DNA of 64,000 bases from an uncultured Erysipelotrichaceae bacterium (lineage in GTDB: Bacteria; Bacillota_I; Bacilli_A; RFN20; CAG-826): positions 41,561 through 105,560 of the forward strand of contig CADAXQ010000001.1 of NCBI GenBank assembly GCA_902791935.1, written 5' to 3'. The notes under the pieces were generated by a model that did not search any database, was not told where the DNA came from, and was given only the letters and a program-made list of their open reading frames with translations. Below are positions 28,423-38,159 of the stretch, one piece after another. Numbering within the stretch: position 1 is the stretch's first letter; each line of letters starts with the position of its first letter. Position numbers and translations under genes: made by a program.

Positions 28423-29763
28423 TTATTCCTTCTTTTCTTCGACTTCTTCGTGATGATGTGTATGCCCACAGCCATCGTCATCTTCTTCAAATGGCGCAAT
28501 GGCTTTATCGAGTTCTTCTTCTAAGTGTGTCAAATCAATTTCTTTTTGCTCTTTCGTACTTAAGTTCTTTAATTGAGCCACGCCACGGTCAAGCTCATCT
28601 TGCCCGATGATCAAAGCGAATTTCGCATGGCGGCGTTCCGCTTTCTTAAAGGCTGTGCCGAGTTTGATGGAAGCAAGCGGCGTATCGCAAGAGAAGCCAA
28701 GCGAACGCACTTCTTCCACGATATCGAAGACGTCATCTAACACTTCTTCGCCAACGGGGATGACATAGAAATCAATGCCATGGTCGAGGTCTTTTAATAA
28801 TCCATCTTCTTTGGCGACGGCATAAACCCGTTCCATGCCCATCGCATAGCCGACACCGGCTAAATCCGGTCCGCCAAGTTCTTTGACGAGTCCGCCATAG
28901 TGTCCGCCGCCGCAAAGAGCGCCATAGTCCACACCCGAAGCGCTAATCGCGTGGATTTCAAAAACGACTTCAGAGTAGTAATCTAAGCCACGGACCAACG
29001 ATTCATCGATTTCGTATTCAATGCCGAGGTCATTAATGATCGATAAGGTCTCATAGAAGCGTTTTTCGGAGGCTTCCGACAAATAATCTTTGATTTTCGG
29101 CGCGCCTTTCGCAATTTCTTGGTCATGTGCGACTTTGCAATCTAAGATTCGTAACGGATTGAGTTTAATCCGTTCGTGGCAGTCGTCGCACATTTCATCG
29201 ATGTGGGCGGAGAAATATTGCTTTAAGGCATCGCGATATGCCGCGCGGGAAGCGTCATCACCAATCGAGTTGATCTTGAGCGATAGCTTTTGAAAACCAA
29301 GCATATAAAGTGTCTGCATGGCCATGATGATGCATTCCGCATCGGCTCTTGCGCTATCGGCGCCGATTTCTTCGACACCAAATTGATGGAATTGCCGATA
29401 CCGTCCAAGTTGTGGCCGTTCATAACGGAACGCTGGGCCGCAATAATAAAGTTTTAAGGGCAAATCTTCGGTGGCATATAGCTTATTCGAAACGACGCTA
29501 CGAACGACGCCGGCCGTGAATTCCGGCCGCATGGTGACGGAACGATCACCTTTGTCTAAGAACGTATACATCTCTTTCCGAACGACGTCAGAACTAGAAC
29601 CAGCGCCACGCGAGAATACTTCGGTGTATTCGAGCACGGGCGGCATGATTTGACGATAGGCATAGAGTTCGACGGTAGCGGAGAAAACATCGCGGATATA
29701 GCGCATGCCTTCCATTTCTTCTCCGAAGAGATCGTGTGTACCTTTTACGGGTTGATAAATCAT
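28423..29763 (-). CDS. hisS: histidine--tRNA ligase with a short His/Cys/acidic C-terminal tail
   Basis: GTHDLFGEE, MRPEFTAGVVR, FRYERPQLGRYRQFHQFGVE, 446 aa. The tail is ...DDDGCGHTHHHEEVEEKKE. Confidence 0.95.
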   Translation of the reverse strand: MIYQPVKGTHDLFGEEMEGMRYIRDVFSATVELYAYRQIMPPVLEYTEVFSRGAGSSSDVVRKEMYTFLDKGDRSVTMRPEFTAGVVRSVVSNKLYATEDLPLKLYYCGPAFRYERPQLGRYRQFHQFGVEEIGADSARADAECIIMAMQTLYMLGFQKLSLKINSIGDDASRAAYRDALKQYFSAHIDEMCDDCHERIKLNPLRILDCKVAHDQEIAKGAPKIKDYLSEASEKRFYETLSIINDLGIEYEIDESLVRGLDYYSEVVFEIHAISASGVDYGALCGGGHYGGLVKELGGPDLAGVGYAMGMERVYAVAKEDGLLKDLDHGIDFYVIPVGEEVLDDVFDIVEEVRSLGFSCDTPLASIKLGTAFKKAERRHAKFALIIGQDELDRGVAQLKNLSTKEQKEIDLTHLEEELDKAIAPFEEDDDGCGHTHHHEEVEEKKE

Positions 29764-29775
29764 GCTGATACTCCT

Positions 29776-32034
29776 TTAATGAACAATTCGTTTCACATCG
29801 AACACGCTCTTGAGGGCAAGTAGTGCCGTGAAGAGATCTTCGAGCGTTTGAGAATCTGAGACATAGACCGTCACGCCCGTAACGGCCGTCATCGATTCTT
29901 GAATGACGTGGCATTTGAGATTGTCCACCGCGATATTCTTCGCGGAGAACACGCCCATGATGTCCGTCAATAAGTTATTGCGGTCACCCGCATAGATTTG
30001 AATGGCCACCGGATAGGTGGAAATGCCTAAATCCTCATTCCAATGGACCGGGATCGTCCGTTTGCCGGCATTGGCAATATTCGGGCAAGTGATGCGATGC
30101 ACGATGATGCCTTTCCCCTTGGAAACGTAGCCAACGATGTCGTCTCCTGGAATTGGGCAACAACATTTCGCCAAGCTGATCGCTAAGTTATCGACGCCAT
30201 CCACCACAACGGGATTCTTCGCATCCATGGACGAATGATGTCGTATTTCTTTGACGTCGCTGCTTTTTTTCCGGACATGAAGGAAGTCAATGATCTGATA
30301 AGGCGTCACATTACGGCTCGAGATGGCTTCGTATAAGGAATCCGTATCGGCCATATGGAATTCATCCAAGACTTTTTGGTCAATCATCTTGACCATATCC
30401 GCTTCCGAGATGTCCTGTGCTTTGAAGGATTCTACACAAGCGGTATAGCCTTTTTGAATGTTTTCTTGCCGTAAGAACGCCGAATTCTTTTGAATGGCTT
30501 TCTTGATGTGCGATTTTGCACTGGCGGTTTTTGCGATTTCTAACCAGCCTTGGTTCGGGCCAGGAGAGTTTTTTGAAGTCTTGATTTCGCAGACATCACC
30601 CGTCTTTAAGATGGTGTTTAATGGGACCATGGTGCCATTGACGACCGCACCGACCGCAGAATCCCCGACTTTCGTATGAATCTTATAAGCAAAGTCTAGC
30701 GTGGTCGCGCCATTAGGAAGGTCAATGACCTTGCCTTTTGGTGTAAAGACATAGACGTTCGCATTGAAGATGTCGTTTGACAAGGCGGCCATGTAGTCTT
30801 TGGCATCGGCCGTATTTTCTTGGTCTGACATCGAAACAAAATCACGGAACCAATGTAATTTGTCTTCGATATCTTTCTGTTCTTCGCGAGCGTTATAGCT
30901 CGAGCCTTCCTTGTATTTCCAGTGGGCTGCCACACCTTCTTCGGCCACTTGGTCCATTTCTTCCGTTCGAATCTGAACTTCGTAAATGTTGCCATCGCCA
31001 GAAACAATCGTCGTATGTAACGACTGATACATGTTTGGTTTTGGCATAGCGATGTAATCTTTGAACCGTCCCGGAATCGGCTTGAATGTCGCGTGCACAA
31101 TCCCTAAGATTTCATAACATTGCAAAATGGTGTTTGTGATGACACGAACGGCTAAAACATCGTAGATTTCATCAAAATTGTAATGTTTCAAATACATTTT
31201 CCGATAAATGGAATAAATCGATTTGACCCGTGATTCCATCCGGAAGGGAATGCCTTGTTCAAATACCAAGTCCGCAATCCGTTTCTTTAAGTTATTTAAA
31301 GATTCTTGACGGTTCTTTTCCCGCTCGTTTAATAAGTTAAGAATCTCGTTATATTTATCGGGTTCAAGGTATTTCAAAGACAAGTCTTCCATTTCAGACT
31401 GCATCTTATAGATACCTAACCGATGGGCAATCGGGGTAAATACCTCTAATGTTTCTTTGGATAATGCTTTCTGCCGTTCTGGCTTTAAGGCATCTAACGT
31501 CCGTAAATTATGGAGACGGTCCGCGAGTTTCACGATGATGACCCGGACATCTTTGGCCATGCCTAAGAAAATTTTACGGTGATCTTCCGCTTCGAAATCT
31601 TGTTCGGTACGATGCGAAAGTTTCATGCGTTGAATCTTCGTTAACGAGTCAACGATCATGGCGACATCATTTCCGAATTGTTTCCGGATGTCTTCAATCG
31701 TTAAATCCGTATCTTCGACGGTATCGTGTAATAAACCAGCTGCCAACGTTTCTGGACCGACTTGAAGTTGCGCCAAAATATAAGCGACTTCGATCGGGTG
31801 TTGAATATAAGGTTCCCCAGACTTCCGGAAGACGCCGGCATGTTTAGTTTTGGCTAGCTCATAAGCGTCGGCCACCATCTTCCGCGATTTTTCATTTTTG
31901 ATATAGCTAAAAGCAAGCTCCCGAAGATCTTCGTAAGTGTGCATCGGGTAGCCGCCATTCGGGAGAATCTTCTTCGGCTCCGAAGGCGCTTCGTTGGTTT
32001 TGGTTTCGACTTTCGTTTCTTCCATGGTTATCAT
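29776..32034 (-). CDS. relA: bifunctional (p)ppGpp synthetase/hydrolase Rel
   Basis: HD hydrolase domain (HPIEVA...LLHDTVEDT), RelA/SpoT synthetase domain, and TGS and ACT regions. The start may be the ATG at 32025 (see the leaderless finding). Confidence 0.95.
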   Translation of the reverse strand: MITMEETKVETKTNEAPSEPKKILPNGGYPMHTYEDLRELAFSYIKNEKSRKMVADAYELAKTKHAGVFRKSGEPYIQHPIEVAYILAQLQVGPETLAAGLLHDTVEDTDLTIEDIRKQFGNDVAMIVDSLTKIQRMKLSHRTEQDFEAEDHRKIFLGMAKDVRVIIVKLADRLHNLRTLDALKPERQKALSKETLEVFTPIAHRLGIYKMQSEMEDLSLKYLEPDKYNEILNLLNEREKNRQESLNNLKKRIADLVFEQGIPFRMESRVKSIYSIYRKMYLKHYNFDEIYDVLAVRVITNTILQCYEILGIVHATFKPIPGRFKDYIAMPKPNMYQSLHTTIVSGDGNIYEVQIRTEEMDQVAEEGVAAHWKYKEGSSYNAREEQKDIEDKLHWFRDFVSMSDQENTADAKDYMAALSNDIFNANVYVFTPKGKVIDLPNGATTLDFAYKIHTKVGDSAVGAVVNGTMVPLNTILKTGDVCEIKTSKNSPGPNQGWLEIAKTASAKSHIKKAIQKNSAFLRQENIQKGYTACVESFKAQDISEADMVKMIDQKVLDEFHMADTDSLYEAISSRNVTPYQIIDFLHVRKKSSDVKEIRHHSSMDAKNPVVVDGVDNLAISLAKCCCPIPGDDIVGYVSKGKGIIVHRITCPNIANAGKRTIPVHWNEDLGISTYPVAIQIYAGDRNNLLTDIMGVFSAKNIAVDNLKCHVIQESMTAVTGVTVYVSDSQTLEDLFTALLALKSVFDVKRIVH

Positions 32035-32062
32035 TATACCTTTTTAGCCATCATAAAGCGCG

Positions 32063-33619
32063 TTATATCGCACGTTCCGCCATTAAATCGAGGCTTTCTT
32101 CCCCTTTGAATTCATTCCGTTTCATCGTGAGTAATAACGAAACTTTCTCATCGGGTTCAAACGCGTCTTGCCCTAAAGAGAACGAAAGAATCTTCGTATC
32201 GTTCGTGAGACGCACACAAAGATACTTCCCTTCTTTTAAATAGGTAAACGTCGTTGGATTTAACCCATCAAGCCGGAATTTTGGGGCTTCCCATTCCATT
32301 CCGAACGGGGCGAATGTCCGTAAGATCCGGTAAGAGGTCATATTGCATTCATTTAAAGCAATCGGAATGGCTTCTTTTTTCTTCGGGGCCAATTTATGTT
32401 TTAACGCAGAGAAAATGAAATCTTTTTTAAAAGAATCGAAATCGCTTTCTTTGATGGTGCAACCAGCCGCAAACGCATGCCCGCCTTGATGTAAGAACGA
32501 CGTTTTCGCTTCTTGGAATGCCTTTAAGATGTCAAAGCCTTCTTTGGAACGTAACGAGCCAACGAGATATCCTTTGTTCTTTTCGTCCAAAGAAAAGACC
32601 GCAATCGGTTTGTCATATTGGCTAAGTAGTCGTCCCGCCAATAAGCCATTTAATCCTTCCGGAAGACTGCTTTTTACGACAATCGCGGCATCTTCGGGAT
32701 GAATTTCTAAGGAATCGGCCGCTTGTTTCGTCAGCTCTTTCCGTTTCTCATTCACTTCATTGATCCAAGCTGCCCGTTTTTCTTGATCGGCGGAAAACGG
32801 CGTCGGTTCAGAGAAATAATGAAGCAGTCGATTGATGGTCGTTCCCGTTTCATAACGGCCAATGGAATTGATCTTTGGAATAATCTCTAATTGGAATGTG
32901 CTTTCATCCAGTGTCGTTTGACTGGTTAAAGCCTTAATTGTCGGGTAATCCTTATGATTCACTTCTTCTAGCATCAAACGGACAATCACGCGGTTATAGT
33001 CGCGAAGTGGCATTAAATCGCTTAAGGTAGAGATGGCCCCTAAACACATCAAATAAGGGTCGACCGTTTGCAATAACGCTTTCGAAAACACGAAAGAAAG
33101 ATAGCCTGCAGAAATCGGGACATCACCATAAGCCAAGGCGGTAGGATGAATCAAAACGTCAGCTTCGGGGGCGGTTTCATCCATTTCATGGTGATCTAAA
33201 ACAATCACTTTCATGCCGAGTGCTTTGGCTTTTTGAAGCGCTTCATGAGCCGTCACCCCATTATCACAAGTCATGATGGCGGAGAATCCCTTCTCGTGGA
33301 TTTTCTCGACATTTTTGGCATTTAAGCCATAGCCATCTAAATAACGCGATGGCAAATAACCGGCGACAGATAAGCCAAAATGTCTTAGCGCCGCGACTAA
33401 AATCGAGCAAGACATGACGCCATCGGTATCATAGTCGCCATACACAAGAATCCGTTGTTTCTTGTCGCGAAGTTCTTGTATTAAAGCAATAGCCTTTTTC
33501 GTGTCTTCCTTATCATCAATCCATGGGATAGACGAAAGCGAAGGGGCGAGCGTTAATTGCTCATAATCCCCTTCGCTCAAATCGTAATATTGGCAGAGTC
33601 TTTTGACGAAAGAATCCAT
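32063..33619 (-). CDS. recJ: single-stranded-DNA-specific exonuclease RecJ (short form)
   Basis: DHH motifs (GDYDTDGV, DNGVTA, VLDHH) and DHHA1 GGHAFAAG. The secDF-recJ-rel order is as in Bacillus. Confidence 0.9.
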   Translation of the reverse strand: MDSFVKRLCQYYDLSEGDYEQLTLAPSLSSIPWIDDKEDTKKAIALIQELRDKKQRILVYGDYDTDGVMSCSILVAALRHFGLSVAGYLPSRYLDGYGLNAKNVEKIHEKGFSAIMTCDNGVTAHEALQKAKALGMKVIVLDHHEMDETAPEADVLIHPTALAYGDVPISAGYLSFVFSKALLQTVDPYLMCLGAISTLSDLMPLRDYNRVIVRLMLEEVNHKDYPTIKALTSQTTLDESTFQLEIIPKINSIGRYETGTTINRLLHYFSEPTPFSADQEKRAAWINEVNEKRKELTKQAADSLEIHPEDAAIVVKSSLPEGLNGLLAGRLLSQYDKPIAVFSLDEKNKGYLVGSLRSKEGFDILKAFQEAKTSFLHQGGHAFAAGCTIKESDFDSFKKDFIFSALKHKLAPKKKEAIPIALNECNMTSYRILRTFAPFGMEWEAPKFRLDGLNPTTFTYLKEGKYLCVRLTNDTKILSFSLGQDAFEPDEKVSLLLTMKRNEFKGEESLDLMAERAI

Positions 33620-36336
33620 CAGTCATTAATTCCGATAAAGATGGCTTCTTCCGGTTCGCTGCTCTTTTTCTTTTGCTGGCTCTTCTTCGAACGCGGACGA
33701 TTCGCCCAAGAAGTCCGGACCGAGCGAGCGGCGACGTCTAAGCCGAGGCTTAATTGCACCGAGTAAGATGGCAACAATGTCAAAACGAGGGCAAGTGCTA
33801 CCAAAATACCGATGGCAGCGCCTAAGAAGATCATGCGGTCCACTTGTGGCGCAATGGCGAGGAAAGGCAAGCAAATTCCGATGGCAGCTAACGTAGCCAC
33901 AATGGTATCCCCGGCACTTTGCGATCCAGCCGCCAGTAACATACTGTTCCGGAATGACAAAGCTTTCTTGTCTTTTTCGCGGCTATCTTTGATGAGTTCA
34001 CGTTCTTTGTTCAGCGGATAGAGTGCCAAATAGAAGCCCATCGCAACCGCAGCAATGATGCCAATGCCAGCAATCGGTGTCACGGCAAGACGCGTCAAAG
34101 CAAAGAATCCACCGACAATAACGCCACTCCCCATCGCGATAATCGAGGCAGGAAGTGAACGAGAGAGACGGAAACGTAACGCATAGTAAGCCATCAAGGC
34201 AATCGAGGCGATACCGACGGCTAAATAGACAGAACCCATGGTTGGGCTACCCGCTTCATAGGTCACACGGTTGGCGTTCACTGTAATTGCATCGGCATCC
34301 GCGTTCGTGTCAACCACTTCTTGAAGGGCTGTCGTGAGATAGGTTTCGCTACTTGTGCCATCGATGACAAATGGATAAACCGTTTCCGCATCGAAGTATT
34401 GCGTTAATGGGATTTGGAAGTGATAAACCGTGTATTGCACGACTTGCAGGCCATCGTTAATGGAAACCGTGGTGTTTTCTAACGAGATTTGGCCGTCAAT
34501 ATATTGCGTTAAATCCTTATCCTTATAGGTAATGTGGGACAAGAGATTGTCACGGACTTGATCTTGTGTTGAAAGCGTACGGGTACTTTGCGAATCCGTT
34601 TGCACACGATACTCTACGGCAATTGACGTCGTATTTTCGTAAGCACCGGCGTAATTGAATATGCCACCTTTCGAAGGAGCGAAAATCGACATGCCGATGA
34701 TGGATGCAAGGCAAAGCGCCCCGCCTGCAATTGCCCAAACTTTCTTGTGTTTGCCAAAGTCTTTGTCGGCATAAGGTCCAAAATACGTTTGTTTTTGTTC
34801 GGCCATTAAGTTCGGGACACGGCTTTCATCAAGGAAGTAAACCGAGCCAGGATGTTTTTCACAATCATTGTCGTTGGCTAACATCCAGCCTTCGAGCTTA
34901 CCAAGCGTGAGATTTAAGACGGTTCCGAAGAACACCGTCAAGATTAAAGAAAGGCCAAGTTTACCGACAGCGCCTGGGATTAAGCCATAAACGCAAAGAC
35001 CAACAATCAAGGAAACGATATTGGCGTCTAACATCGGCCAAACCGATTTCTTATAGGCTTCGGATTCGGCTTTCTTAAGCGTACGTCCCTTATACATTTC
35101 TTCTTTGAGCTTGGCGTAATAGTAGGCACCGCCAAACATCGTCACGCCGACCCCTAACATGAAGCCAACGATGGCACCGATACCAAACTGGGCGCCGAAA
35201 TAAGCAAAGAGAAGAATGCCAAATTCTAAGGCAAGGACGCCATTCGAAACGATGGAGAGCGCTCCCCAGTGATAGAAGAGAGCCAGCACAAGCGCCACAA
35301 CGCCGAGCGCAACGACGCAAGCAATCATCGTGGGTCCCCAATGGACCGATAAATGCCAGTCACTTGCTTTCGTTAAGGCGTCCACGGTTGCTGGAACTGT
35401 GACCGAGTAATCAAAAGTAATGTCGTAATTATATTCTTTGGCGTTTAGCACTGAGCAATAGTAAAGGGCAGCTTTATACGCAGCCCCAGCTTTGGAAGAA
35501 TCGAAATTCCCATTTTTGATGGCGTCAGAGTTCGGCACCAATTGGAATTTCTTGTAGTTGTTATTCTCGTTGCTGGAATCCACATACCAAGCATTCGCGG
35601 CACTTTCGCCGAAAATCAAACGTTTGGCCATGTTGGGATCATAGTCATCAGAAGACGTATTGGTCGCCGCAAGATAGTTGTCGCCTTCTTGCATATGGTT
35701 CCAAAGAACGATGTAGGAGTAAGACGCTTCGGTCGAGGCCGAGGAGTCGGCTTCGTGGGAATTATCCGAGGCGTATTTAATGAGTTCGTTTAATTCGCCT
35801 GTTTCGCCTTGGGCATTGACTTCAATCGTAACGACCGGGACGTTGTTGATATATTCAATTTGTGCTTCGTGGCCATCAAACATGGCGTTATCGCGGTAAG
35901 AAGCATGGGATGGGGCGCCTTTTTGAATGTCTTGGGTCGGGGCGCCGACGCCAATTGTGATATCTTGGCCAGAGAACGAAAGATAATCTTCAAGATAACG
36001 ATATTCCGTATCGTCTTGCGAGGCAGTACGCACCACGACTTTGATGGTGTCGTAGCCTTCTTTGTTCACTTCCGCTTCAATGTTCCAGTTCTCTAAGCGG
36101 TCTTTCATTTCTTCGGCGACTTCGTCCACCGCGCCATAACCATCGGTTTGTTGAATGTAGTTTTCAGTCAAAACACCATTGTAGGTCGTGTCTTTTTTCG
36201 AAATCTTAAAATACAACGCGCGACTGTCGCCATAGCTCACGTCGGTGTCCATCATCGTGACGGCTTTCCCCATGGTGGCCAAAGAGCCAAGCATTAACAG
36301 GGCGCTCGTCAGAATGTATCCCCATTTCCGTAACAT
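33619..36336 (-). CDS. secDF: fused protein-export membrane protein SecDF
   Basis: Large extracytoplasmic domain followed by two 6-TM SecD/SecF blocks. ATG at 36336 with GGAGGAACGAT upstream (MLRKWGYILTS...) is preferred over the ORF-track start at 36465, which would overlap the ruvB terminator. Confidence 0.88.
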   Translation of the reverse strand: MLRKWGYILTSALLMLGSLATMGKAVTMMDTDVSYGDSRALYFKISKKDTTYNGVLTENYIQQTDGYGAVDEVAEEMKDRLENWNIEAEVNKEGYDTIKVVVRTASQDDTEYRYLEDYLSFSGQDITIGVGAPTQDIQKGAPSHASYRDNAMFDGHEAQIEYINNVPVVTIEVNAQGETGELNELIKYASDNSHEADSSASTEASYSYIVLWNHMQEGDNYLAATNTSSDDYDPNMAKRLIFGESAANAWYVDSSNENNNYKKFQLVPNSDAIKNGNFDSSKAGAAYKAALYYCSVLNAKEYNYDITFDYSVTVPATVDALTKASDWHLSVHWGPTMIACVVALGVVALVLALFYHWGALSIVSNGVLALEFGILLFAYFGAQFGIGAIVGFMLGVGVTMFGGAYYYAKLKEEMYKGRTLKKAESEAYKKSVWPMLDANIVSLIVGLCVYGLIPGAVGKLGLSLILTVFFGTVLNLTLGKLEGWMLANDNDCEKHPGSVYFLDESRVPNLMAEQKQTYFGPYADKDFGKHKKVWAIAGGALCLASIIGMSIFAPSKGGIFNYAGAYENTTSIAVEYRVQTDSQSTRTLSTQDQVRDNLLSHITYKDKDLTQYIDGQISLENTTVSINDGLQVVQYTVYHFQIPLTQYFDAETVYPFVIDGTSSETYLTTALQEVVDTNADADAITVNANRVTYEAGSPTMGSVYLAVGIASIALMAYYALRFRLSRSLPASIIAMGSGVIVGGFFALTRLAVTPIAGIGIIAAVAMGFYLALYPLNKERELIKDSREKDKKALSFRNSMLLAAGSQSAGDTIVATLAAIGICLPFLAIAPQVDRMIFLGAAIGILVALALVLTLLPSYSVQLSLGLDVAARSVRTSWANRPRSKKSQQKKKSSEPEEAIFIGIND

Positions 36337-36427
36337 ATCGTTCCTCCGTGCCTCACCGAAAAAATCGGCTAGCAATGCGGTTATTATTTTACGCGCGCAC
36401 CCGTAGGGTGACAAGGGGAAAGACGAG

Positions 36428-36456
36428 AAAAGAAAAAGCCCCGTGAACGCGAGGCT
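36428..36456 (-). terminator. rho-independent terminator after ruvB
   Basis: Minus-strand AGCCTCG...CGGGGCT stem (one G-U pair) followed by TTTTTCTTTT. Confidence 0.65.
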
Positions 36457-36461
36457 CTGTA

Positions 36462-37472
36462 TCAAATTAAATATCCTTGATGAGGCAATCCCAAATGTTC
36501 TCTGGCTTTATTGGTGACTTCCCGACCTCTCGGCGTACGGTTAATCATCCCAATCATCACGAGATAAGGTTCGTAAACATCTTCTAAATTTGTGATTTCT
36601 TCGCCAATTGCAGAGGCAATAGACTCGATACCGACCGGTCCGCCATGGAAACGTTCAATGATGGTCCGAAGATATTTAATGTCCACATCATCCAAGCCAA
36701 GATCGTCGATTTTTAGGGCTTTCATCGTCTGGAGAGCGACTTCGCTATCAATATGATCTTTGCCTTCATAAGAAGCAAAATCACGGACGCGGCGGAAAAT
36801 GCGGTTCGCAATCCGTGGCGTGCCCCGACTTCTGGAAGACAAAATTGAGACGGCATCGGGATCAATCGGCATCTTGAGTACCTTTGAAGTCCGGGTGATA
36901 ATCAGACCGATTTCATCTTGCGAATAGAAATCGATTTTGGCAGAGATGCCAAAACGAGCCCGTAAGGGCGCGCTTAAATCGCCCGCTCTTGTCGTTGCAC
37001 CGACTAAGGTGAAAGGAGGTAAGGCCATATGTAATGGCTTCGCCGCCCCATCGCGGTTAATCATGATGGTTAACTCATAGTCTTCCATCGCGCCATAGAG
37101 CACTTCTTCCACGGGACGAGGCAACCGATGGATTTCATCGATAAAAAGAACGTCCCCTGGTTCTAATTCACAAAGTATCGCGGCTAAATCGCCCGTTTTC
37201 TCAATGGAGGGGCCATTGACGACTTTGATATTGCCACCCATTTCATTGGCGATCACGTAAGCCAATGTGGTCTTGCCTAAGCCAGGCGGGCCGTAAAGCA
37301 AAACATGGTCTAACGGCTCTTCCCGCTTTTTCGCGGCGCCGATAAAGACTTTAAGATTCCGCTTTAATTCGGATTGTCCGACATATTCTTTCAGATTTTT
37401 CGGACGTAACGTCAAATCCGTCGAAAGATCTTCGGCTTCCGCATTGCCATCTACGATACGATTCTTGCTCAT
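36462..37472 (-). CDS. ruvB: Holliday junction helicase RuvB
   Basis: Walker A GPPGLGKTT, DEIHRL, 336 aa. It overlaps ruvA. Confidence 0.97.
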   Translation of the reverse strand: MSKNRIVDGNAEAEDLSTDLTLRPKNLKEYVGQSELKRNLKVFIGAAKKREEPLDHVLLYGPPGLGKTTLAYVIANEMGGNIKVVNGPSIEKTGDLAAILCELEPGDVLFIDEIHRLPRPVEEVLYGAMEDYELTIMINRDGAAKPLHMALPPFTLVGATTRAGDLSAPLRARFGISAKIDFYSQDEIGLIITRTSKVLKMPIDPDAVSILSSRSRGTPRIANRIFRRVRDFASYEGKDHIDSEVALQTMKALKIDDLGLDDVDIKYLRTIIERFHGGPVGIESIASAIGEEITNLEDVYEPYLVMIGMINRTPRGREVTNKAREHLGLPHQGYLI

Positions 37473-38038
37473 GAGCGAGACGCCTTCCCGAGCTGTCGTA
37501 ACGCCAAACGAAGGATTTCTTCGTTCGAAGCGTTGGGCTCATTGATTTTTGCGAGGGTATCATCAATATCTTTGGCTTTGAAACCCAAAGAACGAAGCGC
37601 AGCCCGCACTTCATCATATTGATGGGGGTCACCTTTCGTGTTCGTGTCGGCCAAGTGACCTTTGAGGTCCAAAATAATCTGGGCGGCTGCTTTAGGACCA
37701 ATACCCGGCAACTTTTTAAGATACGTTGTGTTGCTCGCTTGGATGGCTTTGAAAAGTTCATCTGGCGTCGTGGCGCTTAAGGCGGTAATGGCGGTCTTTG
37801 GGCCGATACCTTTCACTTGAATCAACGAACCGAATGCTTCTTTCTCGAGTTTGTTTGTGAAGCCCACGAGATAATGATCATCTTGGCTATAGACTTCATA
37901 GGTATAAATCGTGGTGTTTTGCCCGACATGCCATTCAGCAGGGCGCGATACAAAAAGCTCGAAGCCAATGCCGTTTACTTCGATAGCAACTTGACTATCG
38001 GTCACTTCCACAATCGTTCCGGTTAATGAGTAATACAT
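37469..38038 (-). CDS. ruvA: Holliday junction DNA-binding protein RuvA
   Basis: MYYSLTGTI...GIGFEL, HhH motifs (VKGIGPKTA, LPGIGPKAA), 189 aa. Confidence 0.93.
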   Translation of the reverse strand: MYYSLTGTIVEVTDSQVAIEVNGIGFELFVSRPAEWHVGQNTTIYTYEVYSQDDHYLVGFTNKLEKEAFGSLIQVKGIGPKTAITALSATTPDELFKAIQASNTTYLKKLPGIGPKAAAQIILDLKGHLADTNTKGDPHQYDEVRAALRSLGFKAKDIDDTLAKINEPNASNEEILRLALRQLGKASRS

Positions 38039-38041
38039 CGC

Positions 38042-38134
38042 TTAAGCTACCAATCCAATCAAAATTAAGAACAACAATCCGAAAAACGCTGCCACAAACG
38101 TCATGATGCCAATAAACGCGCGCTCGTTTTTCAT
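38042..38134 (-). CDS. candidate 30-aa hydrophobic micro-protein (MKNERAFIGIMTFVAAFFGLLFLILIGLVA)
   Basis: ATG at 38134 and TAA at 38042-38044, giving a single predicted TM helix. An extended -10 box (TGTATAAT) ends 6 nt before the ATG and there is no SD. It is below the ORF-track size cutoff. Confidence 0.4.
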   Translation of the reverse strand: MKNERAFIGIMTFVAAFFGLLFLILIGLVA

Positions 38135-38159
38135 GGGTTCATTATACACGTTTCTCAGC

